DNA from: Kondoa subrosea
Lineage: Eukaryota
Direction: 5' to 3'
NCBI GenBank assembly: GCA_039545335.1
Contig: BCIN01000006.1
Location: forward strand, 1-64,000
DNA length: 64,000 nt
Shown piece after piece: positions 1 to 11,358 of this stretch (positions are counted from its first letter, which is position 1; every line of letters begins with the position of its first letter). Position numbers and translations under genes: made by a program. The notes under the pieces were generated by a model that did no database searches, had not been told where the DNA came from, and saw nothing but the letters and a program-made list of their open reading frames with translations.

Positions 1-80
1 TAACTCTTCATAACTCTTCATAACTCTCGCTAACTCTTCATAACTCTCGCTAACTCTTCATAACTCTCGCTAACTCTTCG
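1..80 (+). repeat. Putative telomeric array of two 10-mer variants (TAACTCTTCA / TAACTCTCGC)
   Basis: Eight tandem 10-mers at the very start of the window, order A A B A B A B A'. The C-rich strand is at the 5' end, as expected for a left chromosome end. The G strand reads TTAGCGAGAG/TTATGAAGAG. Confidence 0.75.
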
Positions 81-1236
81 TGTATTGAGCAATCACTGAT
101 CTATCTTTGATCATTGTGATTGTCGCTCCAGAGTCTGCACAGAGTGTGTCAGAACGAGCAGGGAACAGTGAGGCACGACTTGCAGCTAGCATAGCTTGAG
201 GAGAATCTTCTTCTTCCTCTACTGCGATTCGAGCATGTTGAGCTGGTTTCTTTGCAGATTGAGATGACTTCTTTTTCTCATATTCAGCTTTCTTCTCCTC
301 AACAAAGTTCTTGATAGCAAAGCAGGTTTCTGTAGAATGACTTCCAGTGCCATGAAGCATACAACTCTTTCCATCCACCTTATCACCACCTTTCTTTTGC
401 TGCTGATTGCGACTTCGAACGAAAGCTTTGCTAGCTATTTCTTGTTTGACTACATCAGGCTTGAATCTTGGTTGTAAAGAAGCGTTCTGAAGTGAAGCGA
501 CAAGATGAGACATGGGTAGTTCTGATTGGATTGAGAGATTTGCAGAGAATGATTGGACTGTTTCGCTGTCAGAGTGACCAAGGGCATTAAGAACTGCGTA
601 TTTCTCTATTTCTTTGATGAATTCTCCAAGTGTAAGGGGTTCGTAGCGTTTCTGCGGATTTTGGGAAAGGAGCTGCATAGGATCTTCTGAAGGTTTCTTG
701 CAGGTAGCTAGAAGAACTTCAGACAGTTGTTTAGCTTTGGGCAGAAGGGCTGTGAGAGGTTCTTCGGCGTCATGAGAAAGGGAAAGAAGAGCAGAAATCG
801 CATTGAAGCGACCAGCTCCTGTTGGAAGAGCTCGTTGTCCTTTGAGGATATTGAGCGCATCGACTGGGTTGCGAATGCCACTAATCAAGGTAGCATGTTC
901 TGAGTCGATGTATTGACGAATGATACCAAGCGCCTTGTTATTTGCCTTTCGAAGTTCTTCTGGAGATCGCTCGAATGGTTCTTCAAAAAGATCTTGTACA
1001 TCGTTGAACAGGCACAAAGCGACTAGCTGATTCTCCCATTCTTGAAAATTTGTTTCTTGACCTCCGTTTCGAGAGAGAATGATTTTTCGATGTTTTGAAT
1101 CCTCAGACATGTTTGGTGTCCTTGCTGTTTGTTGCTGAGGAGTATGGTGTGAGTCAGATCTAGCGTAGAGGTCTGCAATGTGATTTGAGCTGTTTGCAGG
1201 AAGTGCAGATTGAACAGTTTTGATGTTCGTTCTTCA

Positions 1237-1249
1237 AGGGCTCATAACC
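1237..1249 (-). other. Primer-binding site complementary to the anticodon stem-loop of initiator tRNA-Met
   Basis: The minus strand reads GGTTATGAGCCCT, complementary to tRNA-iMet AGGGCUCAUAACC. This is the half-tRNA priming mode of Ty5 and Drosophila copia. Confidence 0.8.
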
Positions 1250-1526
1250 TTTCAAAAGCTGAACTCTTAGTAGATCAGAATATGACTTTGCAATATGAAT
1301 GTTCTACATTACCTGAACTCTTAGTAGATCAGAATATGACTGATCAAGAACAACAGAGTTCAGGTTTCTTATATACAGCCAAGTGGCAAGATATTCGATA
1401 CCTTTCCCTCTGGTGGGTTCGATCTGATTCGTTCCCAGGACTGCTGAGCCGCCTCGCGCGAGCTACCCAATCAGGTTTCAATCAACGATCGTCATATCAG
1501 GAAGGGAGGGAGTGTTAAGTGAGAAA
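1250..1526 (-). repeat. Putative 5' LTR of the copia element
   Basis: Adjacent to the PBS. Minus-strand TATATAAG at about 1368-1375. Internal 29-bp direct repeat CTGAACTCTTAGTAGATCAGAATATGACT at 1259-1287 and 1313-1341. The outer boundary is guessed from the TTTC...GAAA symmetry. Confidence 0.55.
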
Positions 1527-1719
1527 GCTTCCCAGCATGACAAGATGAGGAGAGATAGGAAAGATTGGGATAAGCGGATGTCTTTCCTCAGCAACGACTG
1601 AGCAGACATACCGCAGGTATGGGATGTAGATCGCGTATGCAATATAGCAACGACTGAGCAGACATACCGCAGTCCACATCTGCATACATAATGACACTCA
1701 GTACGAGTCGAACAAGACA
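1527..1719 (-). mobile_element. Probable LTR remnant of a second element, interrupted by the copia insertion
   Basis: Non-coding. Contains a 27-bp direct repeat AGCAACGACTGAGCAGACATACCGCAG (1590-1616 and 1646-1672). The minus strand begins TGTC at 1719. Confidence 0.35.
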
Positions 1720-2384
1720 TCAGGCCTAAACCTCACTTGTGAATTGCAGATAATCCATTTTGTGCTCCACTGTATTCTCTACCTGCTGCCATTCTTCAGC
1801 AAAATCGGGATCATTGCACCGTTCAGCGCCAATGTCGAATTGTCTGCGAGGTTTAGTGAAAAGACTCAAGCGCGACTTGACGGAAATCGTATTGCCAAAG
1901 ACAATCTGTTGCATGACCTGGACGTCTATGACTTCTACATCTTCTTCGATCCGATCCATCTCTTCACCTTCTTCATCTTCTTCCTCATCTGCCTCATCTT
2001 GAGCAGCTGGTGCTCGCACGAAAAGATCAGGTGCGAACTCGACCGAGTCAAGCGCGGAAAGCATGACATTTGTTGCGTTAGGCCGACTTCTATGCAAGCT
2101 TTCACTATACACATCTGGGTCTTCATTGAACCTGCGCAGCGCGGACTGCATGCTGCTTCAAAGTCGAGAAAGGTGTTGAGTCGGAACAAAAGGCAAAATC
2201 GTGCCAAGTCTCGATCACCCTCTGAGCGGCTGTCGGATCAATCCGCAGGGATCAGAGACATGTCTTTGCTGACATAAGCGCTCACGTCATCTTCGGAGAC
2301 TTTATGGGAAATGGTTTTTCAAGAGCTCGACATTTTCATTTGAAATAACCAGCCAAATAACCAGATGGTTTTTACCTATATAAT

Positions 2385-3240
2385 TGGTTGTCGCTGAGGG
2401 CGAGTTATTGAGACTGAATTCGACCAATGGGAGTAAATCAGCCCAATCGTCTTGTTCATAACCGATATAAGCGCGAAGAACTTGCTCCAAAGACTGATTC
2501 GCTCTTTCGGTTTGCCCATCAGTTTCAGGATGATAAGAAGTCGACATATTGAGCTTCGTGCCCGATCTAGCAAATAGTTCTTTCCAGAACGCAGAGGTAA
2601 AGCGAGGATCTCGATCTGAAACAATCGATAGCGGGAAACCATGCAAACTGATTACTCGCAGGAAAAGCAAAGCTGACTGTTTCGCATCGATTTCTTTATG
2701 ACACGGGAAGAGGTGAACCATTTTAGTGAAGCGGTCGACTATGGTAAAGATCGCATCGTAACCACTTGAAAGAGGTAAGTCCATGATGAAATCCATCGAA
2801 ACATCTTGCCAAGGTCCTTTTGGAGCAGGTAACGGCTGGATCTGACCACGAGGCTTGTGCGGACGATTCTTTGAGCGTTGGCAGATATCGCAGGAGCAGA
2901 TATACGCTCGAATGAATTCGCGCATTTTTGGGAAGTAAAAGTCGGAGACCACTAGATGTTCCGTTTTATCTTGTCCCAGATGTCCAGCCATATTCGAATC
3001 GTGTCTTTCCGTCAAGATTTCGATCCGTAGGTCATGGGTCGGAAGATATAAGCGCTTCGAATCTTTCCAAATCAACCCATCTTGATAAACCAAACCCTTC
3101 AAACTCGAACTAATTGCCCGGCTTCTGGGTAAGGTAGGGTCCTTGAGGTACGGTAGGTACTCCCAAGTATCATTCGCTTGAGCTAGGCGAACTTTTTGCA
3201 GTAGTTCATTGTTCCAGGATGAGGTAGAGATCGCATTCAC
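2385..3240 (-). mobile_element. Ty3/gypsy integrase fragment
   Basis: H2C2 zinc-binding region (HD...GHLG...CDICQ) and rve core with DDE residues (VSMDFI, SDRDPRFTS, HPETDGQTER). RT and RNaseH are absent, and similarity stops after NNSPSATT. Confidence 0.92.
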
Positions 3241-5959
3241 TTTTTGCGTAGGCCTCTTATTCTGAGCAGGACCGTACTCTTCTTTTGAGACTCAGACATG
3301 GTTTTATACGGATTAAGAGCTATTAGATGCCGCAGAAACAAAGTTTTTTGAGCAGGGTTTGACGACGTTTTGGTTACATTGAAATCTCCCTTATCGCTTA
3401 TCTTTCTTTTCTTTCAAAGTTTTCGGCCGGGACAGACTTGGGTCATTTCCCCGCTACACTTCGGCTTGAAGAATGTTGTTAAATCCGACTCTTGCTTAAA
3501 TCCGACTCCTGGCCAGGAGTCAGCCACAAGGCAGGAGTGGTGGCGGTCTGTTCTAACTTCCTCAAAGCCGTTGGATGTTGCTGAAGGCTCGGCTCTACCA
3601 GTGCCTAAAATGGTATGCGGGCTTGTGATCCTCTTCAATCCTTTCAAAGAGATCCGCATTATATCTGCATCAGCCTATTGAAGTCGCCCGGACCAAATAT
3701 TGGGGCAACTGCCACCTCTACTGTGCTCTACTAGGGATGTTCAAAGACCCCAGGGTTGTCAATATATGCGCGTAAGCGTATTGCCATGCCAGTGATGCTA
3801 AACATTTTTCTTGTCGCTATATCTAGGTGAATATTATACACCTATCGCTACAAGCTCTTGTGTTACGGCATGCATACTATACACACAGATCAAGGCCAAA
3901 AGATTGCCAAAGAAGCAACATTTGGCCTACTAATGACGCGTCGTGATTTGTTTACTCAAAGTCATTTTTCTCCCCGAGAAAAAAAGATCCAGCTTAGCGA
4001 GTAACAGTTCTGGACAGATCTCAATAGCCTCTAAAATACTGTACTATCGAAAATAGATTCGCGAAACCGAAAGAATTACCAAGTGAAGTAGCAAGCGGTA
4101 AAGCAGAAAGAAAGCCGATCACAGCTTGCCAAACAGTAGGTCTCGCTTCAAGTGCTCAGCTTCGGTCGAACGTCGCGTTCAAGCAAGCGCGAAGCAACAG
4201 CTGAGCATAAACAAGGCAGTCTGTCGAAATAGCAGAGCAGAAACCAGCGAGAGATGTTTTGGCAAAAGGTAAGAATGAGAGCCGGGGACAGCATGTGTTT
4301 AGAGTCTTGTATCGCAGCTTCAGTAGCGGTCCTTTTTTGACTGGTAGAAGTAGACCTGAGGGTAGGAGAAGCTGGCAGCAAGCATCTTTTACCAGTCGAG
4401 TAGAAAGGGAAAGAAAGGCGCGAAGTGTGCGTCAGCAAGCTTCAGAAAAATAGAGTGCAAGTGACCAGTGTCTCCAAGTCTTCTAAGGAGAAGTATCGGA
4501 GAAGTATTGAAGCAGTCGCTCAAATAGAGCAGTCAACAGTGAAAGGGCAAGTCGGTGTAGTTCAATCAAGGCCATGACAGCAGCAAGTAGTCTTCAGCCT
4601 CGAGCAATGCTTTCCTCTCGAGCCAAAGCTGTCAATCCAAGTAAGTCGCAAGCTTAGAAGCGTAGGGCGAGCTGGATTCGATCATTGTGGAAGCTTGGCA
4701 CAAGGGCGAAGAGTGGAGAGTGAATTCGAGCTTAAGCAAGCCAGTGGAAGTCTCAGTAGCAATCGAGGCAGATTCATTTGTGTAGATTGTATTATGATCA
4801 TGCTTGACTGTTGACGACTCTGTTCGCCAATAAGCAAGTTGCAGGAAGCCACCTCTTGCAGCTTGAAGCCAATCAATGGGTTGTCGAAACACGATGATCA
4901 CAAGCCTGCTAACTCGACCAGCTCTATCTCGCAAAAGGTGCAGCAGCTTCCGATATCTGACTACTGAAGTACCAGAGGCATTGATAGGTTCATGGGAAAG
5001 GATAGCTCCAAAACGGCAGCAGTATGAAGAGAAGTATGGGCAGGCGCTGGAAGCTGCGGCGAAGGCGTGAGCGAATCGATATTTGTCTTCGGTTCTTGTT
5101 CATCTAGATGTCAGGCTCGTCAAGCTGAGAAGTCAAGTCAACCAAACCAGCGAGCGGCGCTTCTAAGCTATCAAGCAACTCATCTCTGCAACAGGTACCT
5201 TCTGCTGTTGTAGCTCCTTCATTGCCGAGCATTGCCGAGCGAGATAGATCAGGGAGGAGCAAAAGCGGCATGAAGGTCAGCATAGCGCTCTGCGATTTCA
5301 GCCAAGCTCAAGGCATCTCAGCCTCAGTCGGCCATCATGGACCTACAAAAGCTTCTCACAAGGCACCCTGCATCTTCCGCTGAGGAGATTTCTGCCCTTT
5401 AGAGCTTGTCATGCTTCAGCCAAATCAACAGCGAAACTAGGCGCCCTCGTCCCAGTCGAAACCTACAGGCGAATGACTGCAATAGCTCGCGAGAATCTGC
5501 GCTTCATCATGCCTCTGCCTCGATAAACATCTGACGGAACCACTGGAGCGGAAAACAACTGTCTTGAATGGGCATTCGTTCCTTCTCCGTCAATCGTGCC
5601 AGCAGGCACATCAGAAACGAACATCGTTTTCTCTTTAGCCTTGTATAAGAGTCATGGTTCCCCTGCTCAGCCAGCTCTCATTCTAGCACGCTATACCGAT
5701 CTTGCTGTTCGAGGGAATCGTTATGCTTTGTTGCGAAATCGCAGAAGGTGATCTAGGATCTGGTCAGATGGTCTCAAATTGAGTACAAAGAGCTGCTTGA
5801 GATGGCCGGGCTGTCTCATAGCTTGAGGCGTCTTTCCTGCTCGTAACATTTAGCATTTCTCGCGTACTTCTGCTGCTATATTTGTAACATTTACTTGCTA
5901 GATGGCTCTGAGTTGAAAAGTAAATTCATGCTTGATTTGGGTGTGTTCTTAGCCCAGAT

Positions 5960-7197
5960 AGCTCTCCATGAAACACATCATTAAATACAATTCGTGTTCC
6001 GCTTGCTTGACCTTGTAGAAGAATAAGCCAAAGTTCGACCAGCAAGGGCTAGACTTACAAGTTTCTCGCCTTCTGAAGAATCAACTGACCGCATTGTGTG
6101 TTCCGCGCCTTCAACCAAGATAAGATGTGTAGTTGTACCAAGAGCGCGAAGCTTGTTATATGTATGAACTGAGTCTTCAGGCAGAACTGCGATAGCCCTT
6201 TGAGTGATGCGCGAGTAGAAGAAAAACGACGTACCCAGAGAATCTTCCTTGCCGTGCACTAGGTAGGTCGGAGGATATCGGTCAACGAAAAAGTCGGGAA
6301 AGATTGGGCGGAGATTTGGGTGAATTGTGCTCAGGCGGTCTTCCATAGGCATGGAAGCCAACCTAGAAGATATTGCTCGGCCAGAGAAGTGATCCAGATA
6401 AGTACCTTCTGCCATCCACTCTTTCATGTAATTGGTTGCAGTCAAGTTGAAGCGAGAATAAATGAGGGGAAAGGCTGCTTTGGTCCAATGATCGGTCAAA
6501 TGCATTCCCTGGTATCATACAGGTTAGCAAAATTTCGTCTTGACCGATTTAAAATATACCATTGCCCACATAAGACCCATGCAACATGGACGATGCTCTG
6601 CGTGTACTGCTGCAAGACGAGCGATATATCCACCAGCTGATTGTCCAGTGACTGGAATTTTCGTAAGATCGAGTAATTGACCATTGGGGAGGTGTTGAAG
6701 CATGCCGTCTTTGCGCGCAATGAAGGAAAAGAGAGCTTCGACATCCTGGACCATGTCGAAAGCAGTACAGTCTGGAAGCAAAGAATAGGTAGCAGAGATG
6801 AAAGCATAGCCATTCTTCATTGCCCGGTCTGCGTAGAGGTCAAAGAAAGCACACAATCCAAAAATCTGGATTCACCTAGCATCCAAGACGGGAAGTTATG
6901 TCTATCAGTGGCATCATGAGCATAGCGTAGTATGCGCTGAATTCAAGAAGGCTTACGCATCTTGCTTGTGCGAACCAAAGATCAAACCACCTCCGAACAT
7001 AAGTGAGCCTAGATACACCGTCTGACCTCACAGAACTCACCACCATGAAAGTATACTGCAGCAGACGGACTTAGATTGCATCATAGCTTGTCGTAAAGGA
7101 GCTCACTGAGTACAGGCAGTTGCTCTTTCACACTCTGTGGTAGGTAGAGATCTAGCGCTCTACCCTCGCGGTAAATTAAAGGAATGGGAGATGTCAT
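5960..7197 (-). CDS. Alpha/beta hydrolase (lipase/esterase, HSL-like), multi-exon
   Basis: Start MTSPIPLIYREGRALDLYLP, then VYFHGG, nucleophile motif GQSAGG, PTYLVHGKEDS and VEGAEH. The 3' end is approximate. Confidence 0.85.
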
Positions 7198-7486
7198 GTT
7201 CGTAGTTGGAAGCAAGAGAGGCATGGAAGAGGCTCAAGCCAGTAGCCAACGGATCCAAGACTGAAAGATCCGAGGCAAGAATCTATCTTCAGCCGTTCAG
7301 AAGCCCTGTACAGTACAGTGCATCTGACCGGTGCAGGGAGTCATAGTGGGATGGAGCAGTGTAGTCTGTGTATATCAGCGCATTATTGGGAGACTAGGTG
7401 GGCGTATGCAGAAGACCGTAAATGTTTGTTTTAGTTTTTGACCACTTCCTCTCGCTTTCTTTGCCGCTGCTTGCATCTGTCTCAAC

Positions 7487-9922
7487 ATGCCTGGTCAACC
7501 CAAGCAAGAATCAGTGCAGCCAACACGAGGCTTGTCTAGTAGTGCTCGCCCAGCTCGCCCGAAATTGATCATGCGGGCTGTGAGCTTTAAGGACGGCAAG
7601 GTTGCTGGGTTGCTGTTATGCTGATTGTTATCATGCAGCTACCGACACCGAATTCTTATAACATCACCTATTCGACTTTGAATAGTGAGCCTTTGTCCTC
7701 TCTGAAGAATTAGCGAGATTCAGATGATTGCTACAGCTCAGCTGGAGGCTGGAGATATCGATGCAAGCTTATATTTACTGCCAAACACACCGACTCTGAT
7801 CTCATCTCTTTCCAGCTCTCGGCAGATTATCAAAGAGATGGTTAGCTGCCCAGGAAAGACTAATTCGCTGGCTCTGTACTCATGCCTTACTCGACCAGTC
7901 GTATGGACAGAGTAAGTCTCTGTGCTAATATCGAGTATCATTACTAAGACAGGCTTGACAGAAAGAAACAGGTACCCAGCTTGCGATTCTTGCAACTACA
8001 GTACTGATGCGCATATTGTCTTTTAGGAAAGCTTGATCGAATCCATCTTTACAAATTGCTATGTTCCTCCTAGTGCGTAGATCCTTCCTCATTAATGAGC
8101 GCCACTTAGCAATCTGGCCAGTTCTCTTCGCTACACATATCGATCCAGCTGGAGATGAGAAACGTTTATGCATGGTTGGTGGATAACTTCACTGCATGTC
8201 GTATAGCTGATATCCAAATTCCAGGATGGCAAACAACGGCTTACTTCTGTCAACAACTTCCTTGCCGGTCGTATCGCGTACAATGGTACGTCTAGTCACA
8301 ATAGTTCTGACAGATAGAGCTCACTAATACACAGATCGCTTGACCGGAGATCGATGGTACATGCCTACCGGAAACAAAGTAATTGATGACGCTCGAGATA
8401 TATTGGATGCCAGATATCAAAAGCAATTCAACCTGCGAATTGCCAATGTGACAGAGTATAAAGATATCACTGATGAGGATCAGAGGTGAGCTAGCCTTAA
8501 TATGAGCCTTCTTTGAATCCTAATCCTTTGTGCATAAGGGATATCTTCGCGCGGTTGGGTCTTGCGCGCAATTACCGGGAAAGTGGATCTGATGCTTGCT
8601 TTAGTGTACAACTGGGAGAACCGCTGAAAGCTGGCGAGAAGCTTCAAGCTGGCGCTAACCATTATTCACGTTGGATTAAGGTTCGTATTCTGTCTTGTGA
8701 GTTTGCTGTAGCTGACAAGCTTGACATGCATAGGATATGTCTGACACACATGTCAAAAGCTCAGTAGGACGCATCATCTGCTTCATTCTGTTGGGGCTAA
8801 AGCTGTTCTATAGCTTGGCGCTGTTCGTCAAAATGGACTCGATGAGCGCGTATGCCCATTGGAAACAGGCAAAAGTGTAGGTCAAGGGGTCTGTGATGGT
8901 CAAGTCAAATTATTGATTCTCATCCAGTTTCTGCTTGTCGGGTATATTGCGGTTAATATTCTTGAAACTCGAGAAACTGGCAGACCTAAGTACACCACAC
9001 CTACCTCTCTGCAAAAGTTCCTAGCAGCAAAAGAAGAATATCCCAACCCTGAATACAAGATCGGTATGCTTTCATTCAGAATCGAGATCTTTGGCTGAGC
9101 TCGGAATGGTTAGCGGTTGAAAAGACGCTCTCCAAATTGGTTGAACTATCCATTATAGAGCGCGACGATCTCTCGTCTGAAGAAGAAACGCAACCGCAAA
9201 CTCAAGGCAGTCCCAAGAAAATGACTACTTCTGCTGTCAAGAAAGAACGCTTAAAGCAATATGCACCAGTTCCAGCTTGTCTCGTCAAATCTACGTCACT
9301 TGAACTGTCAATCTACGCTTTGTTCATATATTTGAATGATGATCTCACAAATGAACAGTATTTGGATGGTATAAGCAGCATTCGGAATAGTAGGGGTCAC
9401 AATCACTCGCACAATCTTGCGCTGATTTGAGCACATAGCAATCCGTGAAGAGAACAATGGCAAGCCAGTCCAACCAAAGAAGGCTTCATTCGAGGATGGT
9501 CTGAAAGTGGTATATGCATACAAACCTGGTCACGCCAATTCGGCAACAGCGACTGTCAGACCACCTCCGTCTACAGCTAACCTGACTAAGCGACTTCGTC
9601 CGTCTCAAGAAGAAGAGGAGGACGCCGCTTACGAACCGCCTGCCAGTCAAAGGCAATCGCAATCGCTTGTGAGATCAGCTTCAGTTTCAACCACAAGCAG
9701 TCAAACGAGAAGATCGCGAGCTACTTTAGGAAGAGCTAGTGTTTCGAACAACACGCCTGCTCGAGTGCATCAAGCTGAAGGGAGTCACTCGAACAAGAGG
9801 ATGAGGCAGTGAGTCATCTCACTCGAATAATCACCGTGAGATTGATCCGACTTCCTAGACAAGAACCTGTACCTCCAGCTGAAGAGGATGAGCTTGAACA
9901 AGATGATCTAACTGCCCTTTAA
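7487..9922 (+). CDS. DUF262 (ParB/Srx-like, GmrSD N-terminal type) domain protein, copy 1, multi-exon
   Basis: Spliced motifs: DYQRD|VVW (about 7825-7915), KKQ|ESLIESIFTNCYVPP, RLCM|DGKQRLTSVNNFL (8225-), DIFAR|VQLGEPLKAGEKLQA. Low-complexity tail ending DDLTAL*. Confidence 0.85.
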
Positions 9923-10020
9923 AGTTGTTTGTTGGACAACCTCGTACATATTTTCGCTTTGCCAAAGTTCGCTGCCACCTGAGGCACTTTTTCATTGTAC
10001 ATTATCTATCTCTATGTGTA

Positions 10021-11259
10021 TTATGCTTTGGCTTGCCTCAACTTCTCTTTAGTCTGTTCAACTGTTTCCGCGTGCAGCTCATCTACTTTGCTGGCCCTCT
10101 TCGGGCCCGCGTCTACTGAACCGGTGTAAGGCGAATCGCTATCCCTATCGTTGAAAGCTGAATCTATACCAAGTGCCGCTGCTGCTTCTTTGGCCAAAGC
10201 TGATATCGAATCTGCTGCATCTGAGGCTATTCATACATAAATTCCGGCTACAACCCAGACGAAAGCTGAAGCGATAACGAACCTGTTTCCGATATCGATT
10301 CAGCTGTAGATGCAGCTGTAGATGCTGCATGTTCCTCTTCGTCATCATCTCCTAATTCTGCTCCGTACACGTCAGGATCTAATACAATTCGTTCAAATTT
10401 TGGCAATGATGTGCGAAAGGAAGTAGACTCACGCAATCTGAAACAGTCCTGCATTCCTTTGAACTTCTCTACGCAATCCACTCCCTTTGGCTCTTCTTCG
10501 GAATGAACGAAACAAGAGAAAGCCAGCTTGAATTCTTCTCCACAAGGACCATTGGCCATTCCACCTAAACAAGGGCAATCCCAGTTGATCTCGCCCGTTT
10601 CTGGGTTGTAGGCAGCTTGCTGCGATCCGTCTTCACTCTCTTCAGTACGAGCTTCCGAATCCGATGGAGTGGCAGGAGACGAAGAAGCGGCAGAAGAGAC
10701 ATTAGAAGATGTAGTATGGGAAGGTGAGTTGTTCGTTGATTGAGCCTCCGCTTCTTGTGGTGTGGAAGTCTTTGCTAATTGTGCATCTTTCCCTTGTACC
10801 GACTCTTCGTTAGCGTGTGGTGCTATACGTGGTGTAGAAGTCAGCAAGGTAGAAGGAGCTGGTGGCGGTAAGAGTGTTTGAGCTGATTGTTTCGCTTTCG
10901 TCAAGATTGGAGAAGGAGTATCTTTCGATGCGCGAGAAGTATCAAGCTCTGTAATTGCACAGAAGAGATCACATCAAAAAAGTAGAAAAGACAGGACATA
11001 GATGAAGCGCACTTTTGAGAGCTGCGTTACGATTCGTAGAGTTTGGCAATTGAGAGATGACTCCAGCTACACCGAAGACTGCAACGAGCAAGCCAACAGC
11101 TTTCACATAAGGACTGCTGCCCGATGACACATTTCTCGAATTCGGCGAAGTCGAAGCATTGCGCTGAAGTAAGCTGACACGAGATAGACCATTCGAGCGC
11201 AGCGTTCTGCTCGAGTAGGGTATAACCCTGGACAGGCTGCCCCCATTGCCTTTGATCAT
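10021..11259 (-). CDS. MIA40: Mitochondrial intermembrane space import and assembly protein Mia40
   Basis: [30 protein letters not shown]...[14 protein letters not shown] (CPC plus twin CX9C). N-terminal presequence and TM segment. Confidence 0.95.
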
Positions 11260-11358
11260 TTCGGTCGACTGTGGTTAACCTGTCTCGACCACTTTCTGTC
11301 TTCTCGACATACGCACACGATCGCTTTCAACGCACCTAAGACTCTTTAGACTGAAGTA

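Larger units (their letters stand above)
70..1526 (-). mobile_element. 3'-truncated Ty1/copia LTR retrotransposon (5' LTR, PBS, gag, start of protease)
   Basis: ORF 1110-70 has a copia-like gag start (LSRNGGQETNFQEWE), a C-x2-H-x4-H-x4-C knuckle (CMLHGTGSHSTETC) and the protease motif ADSGAT just before the break. A PBS lies at 1237-1249 and an LTR-like segment with a TATA box lies upstream. Confidence 0.88.

Noticed and set aside
1237..1249. tRNA-Met-like sequence as a tRNA gene
   Set aside because: Only 13 nt match and there is no cloverleaf. It is a PBS.
1262..1322. AACTCTT inside the LTR repeat resembles the telomere unit, hinting at telomere-derived LTR sequence
   Set aside because: A 7-nt match is expected by chance and the flanks do not match.
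1259..1672. Spaced 27-29 bp direct repeats resembling a CRISPR repeat-spacer pattern
   Set aside because: Only two copies of each, in eukaryotic LTR-like context, with no cas genes. Ordinary LTR sub-repeats explain them.
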